Positions 1 to 12,604 of a DNA stretch of 64,000 nucleotides are shown in pieces. Origin of the DNA: Leucoraja ocellata (lineage: Eukaryota); contig JAWMAR010000238.1 in the NCBI GenBank assembly GCA_036785375.1, forward strand, positions 3,348,001-3,412,000, given 5' to 3'. The translations under genes and the position numbers were made by a program. The notes under the pieces were generated by a model. The model saw only the letters and a program-made list of their open reading frames with translations, searched no databases and was not told the origin of the DNA. The stretch's first letter is position 1, and every line of letters starts with the position of its first letter.

Positions 1-110
1 GCTGAGGACTCTTCTTCAGACTGAAGGGTCTTGATCCAAAATGTCAACCATTCCTTCTATCCAGAGATGCTGCCTGTCCCGCTGAGTTACTCCAGCATTT
101 TGTGTCTATA
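1..110 (+). mobile_element. Penelope-like terminal-repeat (pLTR) fragment
   Basis: Contains ctgaagggtcttgatccaaaatgtc...gatgctgcctgtcccgctgagttactccagcattttgtgtct, the same module that follows the GIY-YIG ORF at 63250-63445. Confidence 0.7.
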
Positions 111-640
111 GAAGTTGGGGTATTATGTTACAGTCATACAAGACATTGGTGAGACTGCATTTGGAATGCTGTGTTCAGTTTTGGTCACCTTGCTAGAGGA
201 AGGATGCTGTTCAGCTGGAAAGAGTATAGAGAAGATTTACAAGGATGTTGCCTGGACTTCAGGGCCTTAACTATAGGAAGAGGATGGGCAAGTTAGGATT
301 GTATTACTTGGAGCACGTGAGGCTGAGGGGTGATCTTATAGGGCGTAGATGTCTATAATATCATGAGGGGAACGCAGAGAAACTTTCACCCAGAGTAGGA
401 GAATTAAGAACCATAGGACATAGGTCTAAGGTGAGATGGGGAAAATTTAATTGGAACCTGAAGGGCAAATTTATCACATGGTATAAGGAACAAGCTGCTA
501 GAGGAGGTACTGAAGTTGAGGCGAACAAAAGGATATGGGCCAAAGACAGGCAGGTGGGACTAGTATAGATGGGGCATCTTGGTCGGCATGGGCTAGTTGG
601 GCTGAAGGGCCTGTTTCTGTGCTGTATGACTATGACTCAG
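111..640 (+). mobile_element. CR1-type LINE 3' fragment (degenerate)
   Basis: LVRxHLExCVQFWSP-like codons (ttggtgagactgcatttggaatgctgtgttcagttttggtcacc) and a CR1 3' tail (gggctgaagggcctgtttctgtgctgtatgactatgact). Confidence 0.8.
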
Positions 641-980
641 TAACATTGTTTGCAAAATGATCTGGAGAAATAAATACCTGGTGATTTTAAGGGATTTGGA
701 TATATCATCTCTGCTGGCAGTCCTGTGTCATAGATTTGGAGCACTGCATTGGACAAAGCTTTGTCTTTCACCTATGATGCATTAGAAGTAAGGGCAGTGC
801 TGATAAAAGATGAAGATGATAAGCACATAACAGAGAATGAAGGAATGCCAGGAATACTGATTAAGTATTTTATCTTGGTATTCACATGGAGATTGAATTT
901 TGTCTTCTACCAATACAAAGATAATAGAGGATGGAACAAAAAGAATAAAATAAGTTACTCCTGCAACTGGAATATTACCA

Positions 981-1695
981 GGGGGCGCCACACTATGGCT
1001 GCCTCACCAACAGTCTGTTTTTGTCTTTTTCATTCTTTGTGTTTTCAGTTTGTTGTAAAATGTATGTTTTAGCTTATCTTTAGTTTTTGTATTTGTAGGG
1101 GCTGGTGGGGGGTGGGGGAAACTTTTTTTTAATCTCTTTCCTTGACTGAGATGCGACTTTTTCTGTGTCATATCTCCGCCTGCACTGCATTCTAACATTG
1201 TGGAGCTGGCGGCCTCTCGTTTGGGACTTCTTGAGCTCCAAAACCGCGGAGCCTGTGGACTTTCACATCTTGGAGCGGGAGATCCCTTTGCCAGAGGTCG
1301 GCCTTTAGTGTTCCAGCCTGCGGGAGCTGCGGACTTTAACATCGTGAAGCTCGCTGTCCCTGTTTAGGGACCAATTTTGGGAACTCCAAGCCGCAGGAAA
1401 TTCGACCGTCCCGATGCGGGAGGTTAGATCGTCCCGACGTGGGAGCTCAATCACCAGCTGCAGATGGTTCGACTCCCCCGACCGCGGGAGGAAAGGAGGA
1501 AAGAAGATAAGACTTTACTGCCTTCAGACACAGTGGGAATGTGGAGGAGCCACTGTGATGGATGTTTATGTCAAATTTCTATGCAGTTGTTGGTCGTTGC
1601 TTTTTTGGTATGACTGCGTGGCAAATCAAATTCCTCGTATGTTGCAAAACAGACTTGGCTAATAAATTACGATTATGATTATTATTATTATGATA
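981..1695 (+). mobile_element. GC-rich SINE-like non-autonomous retroelement, copy 1
   Basis: Shares its 5' block, gcggactttaacatc motif and core (ccttc..cacagtg..gaatg..tggatgttta) with 2661-3523 and 37936-38856. Ends in aataaa plus an (ATT)n tail. Confidence 0.7.
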
Positions 1696-2660
1696 ACTGT
1701 GCGCTGTTTCACTCTTAATATTACTCAGTTCTGTGAATGTAAATCCTTAGATTCCAGAAATCTGTGAACAAAGGAATTGTCTTGGAGAAATGGTAAGTCA
1801 CAACAATGATTGCCCTGAAAGAAAAAATTGGACATGAGCCAAAATATCATGCCAATTAATGCAACTTCTGTTGATGATAAAGTACGTGACTAAAACATTG
1901 GATGAAATTGTTCAATGTTTGAAGAAGCAGAAGCTGATCATGATCAGTCGCCAATTTTTTCCGAAAATTACCAAGAGACAACTTGCATTTGACAAAGTAA
2001 AGGAAGAAGGACTTTGTAAGAATGAGTTTGCCAAGCAGATCAAAATAATTTCAAAATGTAGGAAAGTAAAGGCGAAGAATAATTTGTGACAGCAAAACTG
2101 ATGACAAAGAGTTGTAAATTCTGTTTTTGGCTATATTTATAAAGAGATGGCTTAGACTAAAATAGTTTTGGAAGCTAAGTATTCATAGTATTTCTGGACA
2201 TATTGCCAATTACAGATGAAGGATAAAAAGCTCTGAGGTTCTGCCAGAAATGTTACATCTCTCCACCTGTTTCTGTTCCAGTAAAATGTTGCTTAAATTC
2301 TACCTGTTCTATCTACTGCCTCCTTACATGATTCAACATTAAGTTGTATTAGATATACTCTACAAAGTAATTTAGGATGCTTTTCCATGCTAAACTGCTA
2401 GGTAAATATATTATATTGTGTTATAACATCTTAAAAATATTCTACATACAGTGCAAAGCTAAATTTATTGAGATGAAAAGGAAGCCCACAGACAAACTAT
2501 AGGACGTGTCAAAACATAAAATTATAAGGTACACTCGAGACACAGTTTTATTGAAAGGAAATGGGAAGTTATAATTCAATGAGTGAGCAAAATGAATTAA
2601 AATTAAAATAAGACCTAAAAGGTATCATTTGTCAAATATAGAATTTGTGGTGTGGCCACA

Positions 2661-3523
2661 GGGGGAGATGGCAGCCCTACCGGCAGTCTGTTGTCTTTTC
2701 ATTCGTTTTGCTATTTTCTTTTTTTTAGTTTGTTCTAAGTTTGTTTTATTGTTCTTTGGTGTGTTTTATGTGGGGGGAGGGGAGTGGGGGAAACTTTTTT
2801 CATGTTCTTACCTTCCCGGAGATGTGATCAATTTTTGGATCACATTCTCCGGGTGCTGCGGCCTACAATCACTGGAGCTGGAAGCCTCCTCGGACTGTCG
2901 TGAGCCCCACCCCAGGGCGCGGATTTAACATCGGAGCGGGTCGCTTGCCTGGGATCGCTCCCACCGTGACCACCGCAGACTTTAACATCAAGGGCTCGCA
3001 GTCTCGGGTGAGGCCGAGTCGGCTCGACCACCCCGACGTGAGATACGATCGCCCGGCGTGGGGGAGCTGACATCCTCGCGATGTGGGAGTGGAGCGCCTC
3101 GACGCGGAGAGCCTGAACGCCGGCTACGGGAGTCAAGATCGTCCCGTCAACGGGTGCTCAAGGCCCACGACCGAGGAAGAGCTACAGGAAGGACTTGAAC
3201 TTTATTTTGCCTTCCACCACTGTGAGGAGTGTGTAGGAGTCACTATGGTGGATGTTTAATGTTAAAATGTGTTTTGATTGTTCCGTTTCCAAGATGGCTG
3301 CCGGAAGGGAGAGTGAACGCTGGCACGATTAGCTGCCGCTGCTCTCACTCTGAATTGGGTATTGTTGATGTCCTTACTATTTATTTTTTATTTTTTGTTG
3401 TTATATATTTTTTTGTTTTGTTTCATTCCGCTTACATGTTTTGTAATCTGCTTACTAAATTTTGTAAGGTGTCCTTGAGAGTCCTTGAAAGGCGCCCATA
3501 AGTGTAATGTATTATTATTATTA
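2661..3523 (+). mobile_element. GC-rich SINE-like non-autonomous retroelement, copy 2
   Basis: Same body as copy 1. 3' end gtaaggtgtccttgag...aaggcgccc plus (ATT)n resembles an L2-type tail. Confidence 0.7.
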
Positions 3524-3699
3524 AATATAGAGCCAATAGAACATAACACCTGTAAAGATGTAAAAATTATGAAGAAATGCTAAAATACTTGTAGATATAA
3601 AACAATACTTTATGGTAAGATAGAAAATAATTTTATATGCATTCAATGTAAAATCATGTGGAAAAAATGATGAAATTAAATTAAAAATTTGCATAGGGT

Positions 3700-4560
3700 T
3701 AAAGCATACCGGAGGTGGCTACTAAAGGCCTTATCCGAGTTTTCGGAGAATGAAAATAAATATGTATAAAAGATGCATGCGGATCATTAAATAACGAAGG
3801 TTTGTGGGACTCAATATAGAAAATACAGTGCTGATGGAAGTTGTGAGGTACTGAAGGAAGCAGAGACTCTTTCAACATCTTTGAATATGGAGGTAGTGCC
3901 AGAGGAAGAAAGGATTATCAGCTTAAAATTTGATCTCACAAAGAGATAAAAGGATAAACTGGGAGCTATAGACCAGTCAGTCCAATGTTGCTAATGATAA
4001 AGATTTCTAAAGACAATATGGAAAAAAGTTAATACTCACTTAGAAAGACAGATTAGCTGAAGGCATTCTATATCATTTTATGAAAGGCAAGTAGAAAGTT
4101 TAATAGAGTGGTTTGGGGAAATGAAGGAATATGTTGGCAAGGTTCAGTGAATATTGTGCATATTGCATTTGAAAACGTTGTTGACAAGATGCTGCTAGAA
4201 AGGTTTAATTAAATGAAAGTGAATAGCACTGGAAGGATAGGAAATTGCCTTATAGACAAGCGGCAGGTGAATGGTGCTTATTTTTGTCGATATGTAAATA
4301 ATCCTGCATTGTCTTGAGTGCACAGAGAACCAGTGAAAGGATCAGTATATTTAAAGTACAGTATATGAACATGGGAACAAAATCTGTAGGAAACAGCAAA
4401 CTGGAAACCATTGTTAATTGGGAAGCAGAAGAGTTGGGACATTGATAGTGTGAAAGACACATTGTCTTTTTTTCATGGTGAGAGAATCAAGAACTAGGTT
4501 TAAGGTGAGAGTAGTCAGATTTCATAGAGCAAAGAGATCATGATGAATTGAAATAGAGGT
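3700..4560 (+). mobile_element. Old, heavily decayed CR1-type RT fragment
   Basis: Remnants of YRPVS (tatagaccagtcagt), DFxKAFDK and WI.NWL motifs, with many stops and indels. Confidence 0.5.
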
Positions 4561-5156
4561 TGAAATGACTGAGGATGAGAAATCATTTGGTGCAGAGAAT
4601 GAAGAAAGCATTGTTGATGTTTGGGTGAAGTCATGGTGCTTGGTGGAAGTTGCACATAAACATTTTGAAAGAGATAATTTTACATGATCTCTCCTTCCAC
4701 TGCACTATTAATGGATAAGACCACTCTGATCACTTCCTGTGTCAGTCACCTTCCAATTCCACCTTCTTTGTACTAAATTCATTTTGGATAAAGCTTTCTT
4801 CCAAGTCACATGTTGGCACTATCGAATACCAGTTGATAAGGTTTAAGTCGTTTGTACATCACACTGTTTCCAATGTTATTAAATTGCTCATATCTTCACA
4901 TCCACTTTGTGGATCTTGACTCCTTTAACTCGATTGCCCTTTCTTGTAATGCTCTGTCTTCTGCTATCTGGTGTGCCCTTACCTCAATCACTATCCTGGA
5001 CGTGCATACATACATCACCATATCTCACCAGATCTGGTTAAGCCACATCAATTACTAAATCAATGGAAATATTGTAACCTTATGGTACAGAGAGGAAGTC
5101 ATTCATATCCAAATATCTGTGATTTTCCAGCTCTCCCAACGTCCGTATAAATACGT

Positions 5157-5320
5157 GTAGGAAAGAACTGCAGATGCTGGTTTACACCAAAGATAGGCAC
5201 AAAATGCTGGAGTAACTCAGAGGGTCAGGCAGCATCTCTGAAGAAAAGGGATAGGTGACATTTTGGCACAACACTCTTCTTCAGATTGAGAGTCAAGGGA
5301 GAGGGAGACTAAGGGAGTCA
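5157..5320 (-). mobile_element. Penelope-like pLTR fragment
   Basis: gtaggaaagaactgcagatgctgg...gagtaactcag...gcagcatctc...ttcttcaga module. Confidence 0.7.
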
Positions 5321-5589
5321 TGCATTGTCTTGAGAGCTTTACATTTCTTCCTGTAGTTTGGTGAGTGGCAGCCTCAATACAGCATTTTCATTGTGGCCTA
5401 AGTAGTATATTGTACAATTCCAGCTAATCTCTCTGATCTTGTATTCAATGCTTCGATTGTTCTCGACAAGTACCCTGTTTGCCTTATTTTTCACCATTAA
5501 TTTTTTTGCTATCTTTTGATCAATGAGAAAGTAGCAAAGGGAATGGCAAATATAATTTAACTCAGGCAAGTGTGAAGTGAACCATTTTT

Positions 5590-5705
5590 TGACAGGACAT
5601 ACACAGGAAGATTATGCAAACTCCACAGGGACAGCGCCTGAGGTCCAGGTTTGAAACCAGGTCTCTGGCATTGTGAAATAATGTCTCCACATGCTGCACT
5701 GCTAT
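5590..5705 (-). mobile_element. Decayed tRNA-derived SINE head (HE1/V-SINE-like)
   Basis: gcaaactccaca and ggtttgaaaccagg (B-box-like on the minus strand) are typical of elasmobranch V-SINEs. Confidence 0.5.
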
Positions 5706-6960
5706 ACAACAGAATGTGTTTGATTTCATTCCTCACTTCATCCTTCTTGAATGCCTCCTGTATCATTGTCACTGATTTACATTGACATCACTACTTTCAG
5801 TCTGTTTAGTGCTGAAAAAGTGATGGTACACATATGCATTCGTAGTTCATGGTATCTTGCTTATTGTGTGGCGAGATTTGATTCTGAAGTTTTTCATTGC
5901 ACAAATTGAGGGATTTATTATAAAACATTTCAGTAGTTTTGATAAATGTTGTAAGTATGAGATGGTATTGATGAATTTAATTTTGGGACAGATTTTTTGA
6001 GTACCTTATAGGTTGCTACCCATAAGTATTTAATTAGGAGACCTCAGTGCAAGGGAACTGTTGTAACAGCAAGCATTTAATTGAATGGTTCCAAACCTTT
6101 TTTGAGCTTAAATGTATTTAAAATCATACTGAACAATTAAAATGTAAAGCAAACTAAACTTGAGACTAATAAGAGAGATAACAGCATTTTTGCTGGTGTT
6201 TGGAGATTCAAGTTAAATACATTAAATTCTTATCCAAGCTAAATAAATTAAATTCTTAGATTCACTTTGCTTTAAAATGGATGAACAAAAGCAATTAGCA
6301 GTTGATAGGACAAATCTGAATAGAACCGTTGATACCCATTTGTTCAAAGTCATGTTATCAGAGACTGGCTTTCAGTCAGCTGCTTGTAGGATTATAGTTA
6401 CAATTTATTCTGTACTATATTTCCTAAAGATCTATGTGCATTTACAATGAAGGCTTTCCTAAAATTCTGACCCATGACATGTACTTTGAATGGCAAAAAT
6501 CGTCATAGTTTGAAAAACAGTCGTATTTGAGAATTTGACTGCTGAGTGTTGAGGAATAATAACCAAGGGGTTCCGTATGACATTTAACAAGTAGTCTACT
6601 AAAGCCATCTGAAGAAAAACAGAATAATGAGACAGACTTGGCTTAACGTTCAGTAGAAAGTCTTATTCACAGACATTCATACATCTTTGAAAATATGAAT
6701 TTAAATGTAAAAGAATGCAAACAACCTAATAAAAGCCTTTTATCAATTGTTAAGATCACTGGCATTGTTTATCCAGAACAATGACAATGACCAAGGCAAT
6801 TGCTATTCGTGTATCATACATCAACTATTAGCTATGGACTTCAAAAGTGGCAAAGAGGTGACAGAGGAACAATAATCCAAATTACATTCGGGTAGACTGT
6901 TGTAATGCAGGTAACATGTGCACATGGACTCATAGACTGCTATTTGTTGGCCTGCAGTCA

Positions 6961-8449
6961 TCTATCTAGTAAATATAATTATAAAACTCTGATCTTGTAT
7001 GTGTGCATCTGTGTGTGTCTGTTTGTGTGTAAGCACATCCTCGCCAAAAAATGACGCGGTAACGGTAACATTTTTACATATTCCGGTAGAGATTTACCTC
7101 GTGCACTCCAAAATCGCCTCATCTGAAAAATTCATGCTTTATTTCTCAAGTTATTCATCAAAATGTTTACACATCTGGTGAAACTTTGAAAATAAAACCG
7201 TCTGGCTTTGGCTGTTGACATGATGATGTCACAAAGGGTGCCTCCCTGCCTGCCCCGCTCGCTGCCCGTCCTGTTCGCTGCTTGCCCCGCTCGCTACCTG
7301 GCCACTCCCCTCCTCCTCCTCTCTCCCCCTTCTCCCCTCCTCTCCCCCCTCCTCTCTCCCCCTCTCTCCCCCTCTCTCCCCCTCCTCCTCTCTCCCCTCT
7401 CTCCCCCTCCTCTCTCCCCCCCTCCTCTCCCCCCTCCTCTCTCCCCCCTCCTCCTCTCTCCCCCTCTCTCCTCCTCTCTCCCCCTTCTCCCCTCCTCTCC
7501 CCCCTCCTCTCTCCCCCCTCTCTCCCCCTCTCTCCCCCTCCTCCTCTCTCCCCTCTCTCCCCCTCCTCCTCTCCCCCACCTCCTATCTCCCCCCTCCTTC
7601 TCTCTTCCCTCTCTCCCCCTCCTCCTCTCCCCTCCTTCTCTCCCCCCCCCTCCTCTCTCCCCCTCCCCTCTCCCCCCCTCCTCTCTCCCCCCTCCTCCTC
7701 TCTCCCCCTCTCCTCTCCCCTCCTCTCTGCCCCTTCCTCTCCCCTGTTCCTCTCTCCCCCTTCCTCTCTCCCCCTCCTTCCCCCATCCTCTCTCTCCTCC
7801 CTCTCTCTCCCCTCTCTCTCTCCCCTCTCTCTCTCCCCCCTCTCTCCCCCCCTCCCCATTCCTCTCTCCCCTCCTCTCCCCCTCTCTCTTTCCCCCTCTC
7901 TTCCCCCTCTCTCCCCACCTCTCTCCCCCCTCTCTCTCCTACTCCCTCTTTCTCCTACCCCCCTCTCTCTCCTTCCCCCCTCTCTCCCCCCTCTAACCCC
8001 CTCTCCCCTTCCCCTCTCTCTCCCACTCTCTCCCACGCTCTCCCCCTTCTCTCCCCCCCCTCTCTCCCCTCTTTCTCTCTCTCTCTTGCTCTCTCTCTCT
8101 GCCCCTCTCTCGGTGTATCTGCCCCTCTCTCTCTCTCTCTGCCCCTCTCTCTCTCTGCCCCACTCTCTCTGTCTCTGCCCCCTCTCTCTCTGTCTCTGCC
8201 CTCTCTCTCTCTACCCCCCTCCCTCTCCTTCTCTAGACGTGCCTGCGAGTTGCGGGCTATGCGTGAGCGGATAGGGTGGGGATGGGGTAAAAGGAGCGAA
8301 TGAATAATATTAATATAATATCAAGGGGGGTGGTTAGTGTGTGTATGTAGGAAGTAGTTAGTGTGTGTGTGACATCACAGTCCACCCCCCCCCCCCCCCC
8401 CCCCGCAACCGTTGAGGGGATGAGACCCAAAGGGTCCCACTTGTTCTAA
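6961..8449 (+). mobile_element. Non-autonomous Helitron
   Basis: Lies between host A(6960) and T(8450). 5' end TCTATCT..., 3' end CTAA (CTRR). GACCC-AAA-GGGTC hairpin at 8424-8436 about 10 nt before the end. No TSD. Confidence 0.75.
7305..8235 (+). repeat. ~0.9 kb C/T low-complexity polypyrimidine tract inside the Helitron
   Basis: Almost pure C/T (ctcccc, ctctct, cctcct variants). It produces the Pro/Ser/Leu and Gly/Glu/Arg pseudo-ORFs. Confidence 0.95.
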
Positions 8450-8639
8450 TCCTTGCATAAGTCTGTCATTATTTGTGACCACAACAGTATAAGGATAGTG
8501 AAAAGTGCTTGCGTCATATTGAGAAGAAATTTATATATTAGCAACAACCATTTTAGCAGGTAGAGGACGAATTGTACAAGAATTCCGTATGAGCCATGCC
8601 AAATCAGATATGGAAATTTTATCCAATTTTGCTTTTTCG

Positions 8640-8845
8640 CTCTGCCACAGAAGGCAGTTGAGGCCAATTCACTGGATGTTTTCAAGAGAGAGTTAGATTT
8701 AGCTCTTAGAGCTAAGGGAATCAAGGGATATGGGGGAAAAGCAGGAACGGGGTACTGATTCTAGATGATCAGCCATGATCATTAACTGGCTCGAAGGGTT
8801 GAATGGCCTACTCCTTCCTGTACCTATTTTCTATGTTTCTATGTT
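8640..8845 (+). mobile_element. CR1-type LINE 3' end
   Basis: ctctgccacagaaggcagttgaggcc...gatgatcagccatgatc...(ttctatgt)n tail. Confidence 0.85.
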
Positions 8846-9181
8846 TTATGTCTGTGGGACTATTATTTGTTGCGTGGATATCTGTATAAATCTGAAGGAT
8901 ATACTGTTTCATTTATAAAATACAAACTGCATTAGTAGTACTTCATTTAAACAATGAGCAGCAATGAGACAGGGACATTGTAATCAAGCCATTTAAAATC
9001 TGTTGCTCACTGCATTAATGCAAATTGTGCTGCCAACTGCACAAGGAAGCACTGTACTGAATACATCACAATGTGATTTAACTTTTGCCAATGATTATCT
9101 GAGAATGTACTGTTTCAAATTAATTTTAACTGTTTGCCTCATAACTGGCAAGAACATATATTTTTTAATTTTATATTTCAG

Positions 9182-10142
9182 GTCTGACACCACCAACCAC
9201 TCCTCCACATAAAGCTAACCAGGATAATCCGTTTAAGGCTGCAGTCAAACACAGGTCATCTTGCGGTTCTTCAGTACGCAGTCCACCTCCAAAGAAATTG
9301 CGGTTAAGTGTTTCTGCCTCAAGCTCTCAACGAAGCAGTCCCATAAAGATAGGCACTGAACAAACTGAACTCTATGCCCAACTCAGTAAGAATTCAGATT
9401 TACCCAGTGCATTTAGCATTACCCAAAGTGAAGAGAGGAAGATGAAACGGACAAATACAAGACTCTTTGGTGATCATGACTACTGTCAATTCATGAATGC
9501 AAAGGCAGAGTCATTAACTACCATGACGTTCTACAAAGCAAGGGAACCCAAAGACATTAAACTCCAGGATTTGTCTTCCAGAGTGGCCTCGCCCAGAGAC
9601 CGTAAAATAAATGTACTTCCTGTTAAAGAAGATCCAATATGTAAGAAGGAAAGCCAGCAACTGGAAGCACAGCCCAGCAATTATTCTGGTCCCAGATTAC
9701 AATTGAAAGACCAAGAAATCAGGGCAGAGCTAAACAAGCACTTTGGTCATCCATGTCAAGCCTTCTTTGATGAAATGGAAGATGAGGCAAGTCCTCAGAG
9801 GGAAAAAGACTTTTGCCATGGATATTACTCAAAACTGCCAACTTTTCTCAGTGCAGGGATGTCGCTGGACGGTGTGTTTGATGAGAGTGATGATGAGACT
9901 GAAAAGTTCCTCTATCCATGGGACGGAACACCTGATGGGTTATTATTAGAAAGATCTTGTTCTCGTTCTCTGTCCAGCTCTCCATGCAGCGATTCCATCT
10001 ACTCACCAAAGACTTATGCACCTTCTCAAAGAATAGTCAGGGCAAGATCGAGATCTAGTTCCTATCCTAGACGTAGACATTATTCTCGCTCCCCATATTA
10101 TCATTCCAGATCAAGATCTCCTTACAATAGATCCTCATCTAG
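9182..10142 (+). CDS. PPARGC1A: PGC-1alpha coding exon (equivalent to human exon 8)
   Basis: Acceptor tttcag|GT at 9180-9182. Translation GLTPPTTPPHKANQDNPFKA...LFGDHDYCQ...DQEIRAELNKHFGHP...RSRSPYNRSSS matches PGC-1alpha motifs. Donor AG|gtatgt at 10142/10143, phase 2. Confidence 0.96.
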
Positions 10143-11384
10143 GTATGTATACAATTTTCTAACTCATTCAGGTGGATGGGATATGCAATATTGCTCTTTT
10201 ATATCATATTGTGCAGGGATGCAAATGGATAGCCTATTTTCCTGCTCAAAATGATTGGCTGATGCAGCTACTGATAGCGACTCATTGTCTCCATCTCAGC
10301 TTCGAGTTCTGATAGGAGTGGTAGAACCCAGTCCTGTCCATACTATCGATTTCATATCAGGAGTGATAATGGCACCCTATAAATCTGCTCTGAACGTGGG
10401 AGGAATCTAGCAAGAAAATACTTTTCAGCATTCCGTATTTACTGCAAGCTAAATTGAAGCCTTTTATGTTCAATAATTTTTTGTTCCCTTTTTGAATTAT
10501 ATACATTAACAACCCATGCATTAGTTTGTTGTACATTTTAAAGTTAAAAAAAAAGAAAATAATAATTTTAGATTCAATGATTCATAAATCTACTGCACCT
10601 GCTTTAATTTAGGATCAATGTTATTAAAGCTCTATTAACATTGCTATGAATTATTCACCTGAGCTCAAGATCTGTTCTTGGAATTCAAAAATGATTAAGA
10701 AAGAGCCTCACTTATGCCATCAGAGAGGTCACTTCCTTTGTTGAGAAGGTTACATTTATATACAAGATCATTAAGATATTGTGGACTGTGCATCACGGTC
10801 GAGTAACAAATATTGTAGCAAATCAATACATACCAATTTAGCAGAGGCAGCTGCCTTGCTTGTGATATAAGCACAGTATTCCTTTACCCATTATCACAGG
10901 AAAGCAGAAATAGTATTAGATCAAGAAGGTTCACTGCACAAGCAATATCGTCTGTGGCTGTCATTGTCACAAATGATTTTTTTTGCAATAACATGAGCTT
11001 GATATATCAGCATTATATATCGAAATGACTGAGAAGATACTTAAGATAGTTTACACTATGTTTAAGGATAATTGAAGAAACAAGACATTATACTTAGTTC
11101 AATTATTTGCAATAAAGATATCTTACTGATTAACAAAAACATAGATTGTGTACTAATGTACATTACATAAAATAAAGTGTGACCATTAATATGTGGCTGT
11201 ATACCCAAGCTACTTGGAAAACAAAATTCTGTCTTAAGTCTGGAGACATAATATAAATTTAAGATATTTGTGTTGACGGTTGCAGTGGGTAATTGACAAT
11301 GTCATATCAGCATACCATTCACACACTATAAAACTGCTAATCCCATATATTGACAAAAGCTGGACTCAGCAGGAGATTTGAAAG

Positions 11385-11409
<25 letters not shown>
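11385..11409. repeat. (GA)n microsatellite
   Basis: Directly visible gagagaga run. Confidence 0.9.
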
Positions 11410-11415
<6 letters not shown>

Positions 11416-12487
11416 GGAGAAGGGAAAGAAATAATGATGAAAGGGCATTGAGTGCATGTCATTTGGTACTGGGAAACTTTATGAAAAGCTTGTGCAGGGC
11501 TACAGTTAAATTAATGACCTCTACTGGAAAACAGATTTTATTCATTTATACAAGAACCTGACTTTGCAATTAGAATGCTTGATTCCGAGGCAGGATATGA
11601 ATTGCTTTTTTTTCTGTTGCATTTAAATGAGACATTTTTCCTATTGATTTTATGATTACCTGTTTTACTTGTCCTTGGTTAGCAATGAATAGTAATCCAC
11701 AAGCAACATATGGAGATTTCAAAATATGATTTTTATTTTTTTCCTCTTGTTTTCTTCTTTCCTCTCCCAAAGATGTTGATTCCTTGTTGGTCAAGGATCC
11801 GGGGGCACTGCTTGCCCTCTATTATCATGCCCCACGCATTCATCATACGTGACCATAGCCAGTGAATGGCAGCAGGTTTTTGCATCATGAATGGCAACAC
11901 AGCTTAAGCCAAATCTTTGCATAGATTGCCAAGCTGTACTTCAACCAGAGGCCACCGGATAGTAATCAGGTGGGAATCCTGATCCATTTTCTCTTTATTA
12001 ACTCAGGGTAACTCTCATCCCACTGCTGAGACCTGCTATCTCAATGCAGACCAAGAAATCAGCTTAACCCCTCCTGGTTAACCATCACCCGGTTGACTTT
12101 CTAGAATACCATCTAAGGAACTGAGCCATTGGGAGAATTATTTTATAATTTATGTACAATTTCGTCATGTAATTTAAAAAACTATTTTCCCTTTTTCTCA
12201 TGTGTCCTTCTACCAGGTCACAACGTTCAATAATCTGGAGGTCATCTTCCTCACATGCTTTTGGTAATAAAGTGTACAAAATATTTTGAGCTTCTGGTGT
12301 GGAATTATCTAGCCTCTGTCCAGCTCCTTCCCTGAAGGTCTGGCTGTGCATGTGAAGAATAAATCCGTGGCCTACTTTTAGTGATTTAATAAATGCTGAA
12401 ATGATACCCATTCTCTTACCTAAGGAAGATGAACTATTGGTTTTTATTTTTTTTTAATTGTATATTTATGTTCATTTTGCTTTATAG

Positions 12488-12604
12488 ATCACACCACTGC
12501 TATGATTCAGGGCGCAGTAGGGTACAACACAGGTCTCGTGGAAGCCCTTGCTCATACTCAAGGTCACGCTCCAGGTCTCCCTTCAGTCGTTATAGTAGAC
12601 CCAG
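12488..12604 (+). CDS. PPARGC1A: PGC-1alpha coding exon (exon 9 equivalent, RS domain)
   Basis: Acceptor tttatag|A, donor CCCAG|gtgagg. Reads (R)SHHCYDSGRSRVQHRSRGSPCSYSRSRSRSPFSRYSRP(R); phase 2 to phase 2. Absent from the ORF track. Confidence 0.93.

Noticed and set aside
7167-8274. Long Pro/Ser/Leu-rich and Gly/Glu/Arg-rich ORFs (up to 330 aa)
   Set aside because: Artefacts of a C/T tract that cannot contain stop codons. They are open in many frames on both strands.
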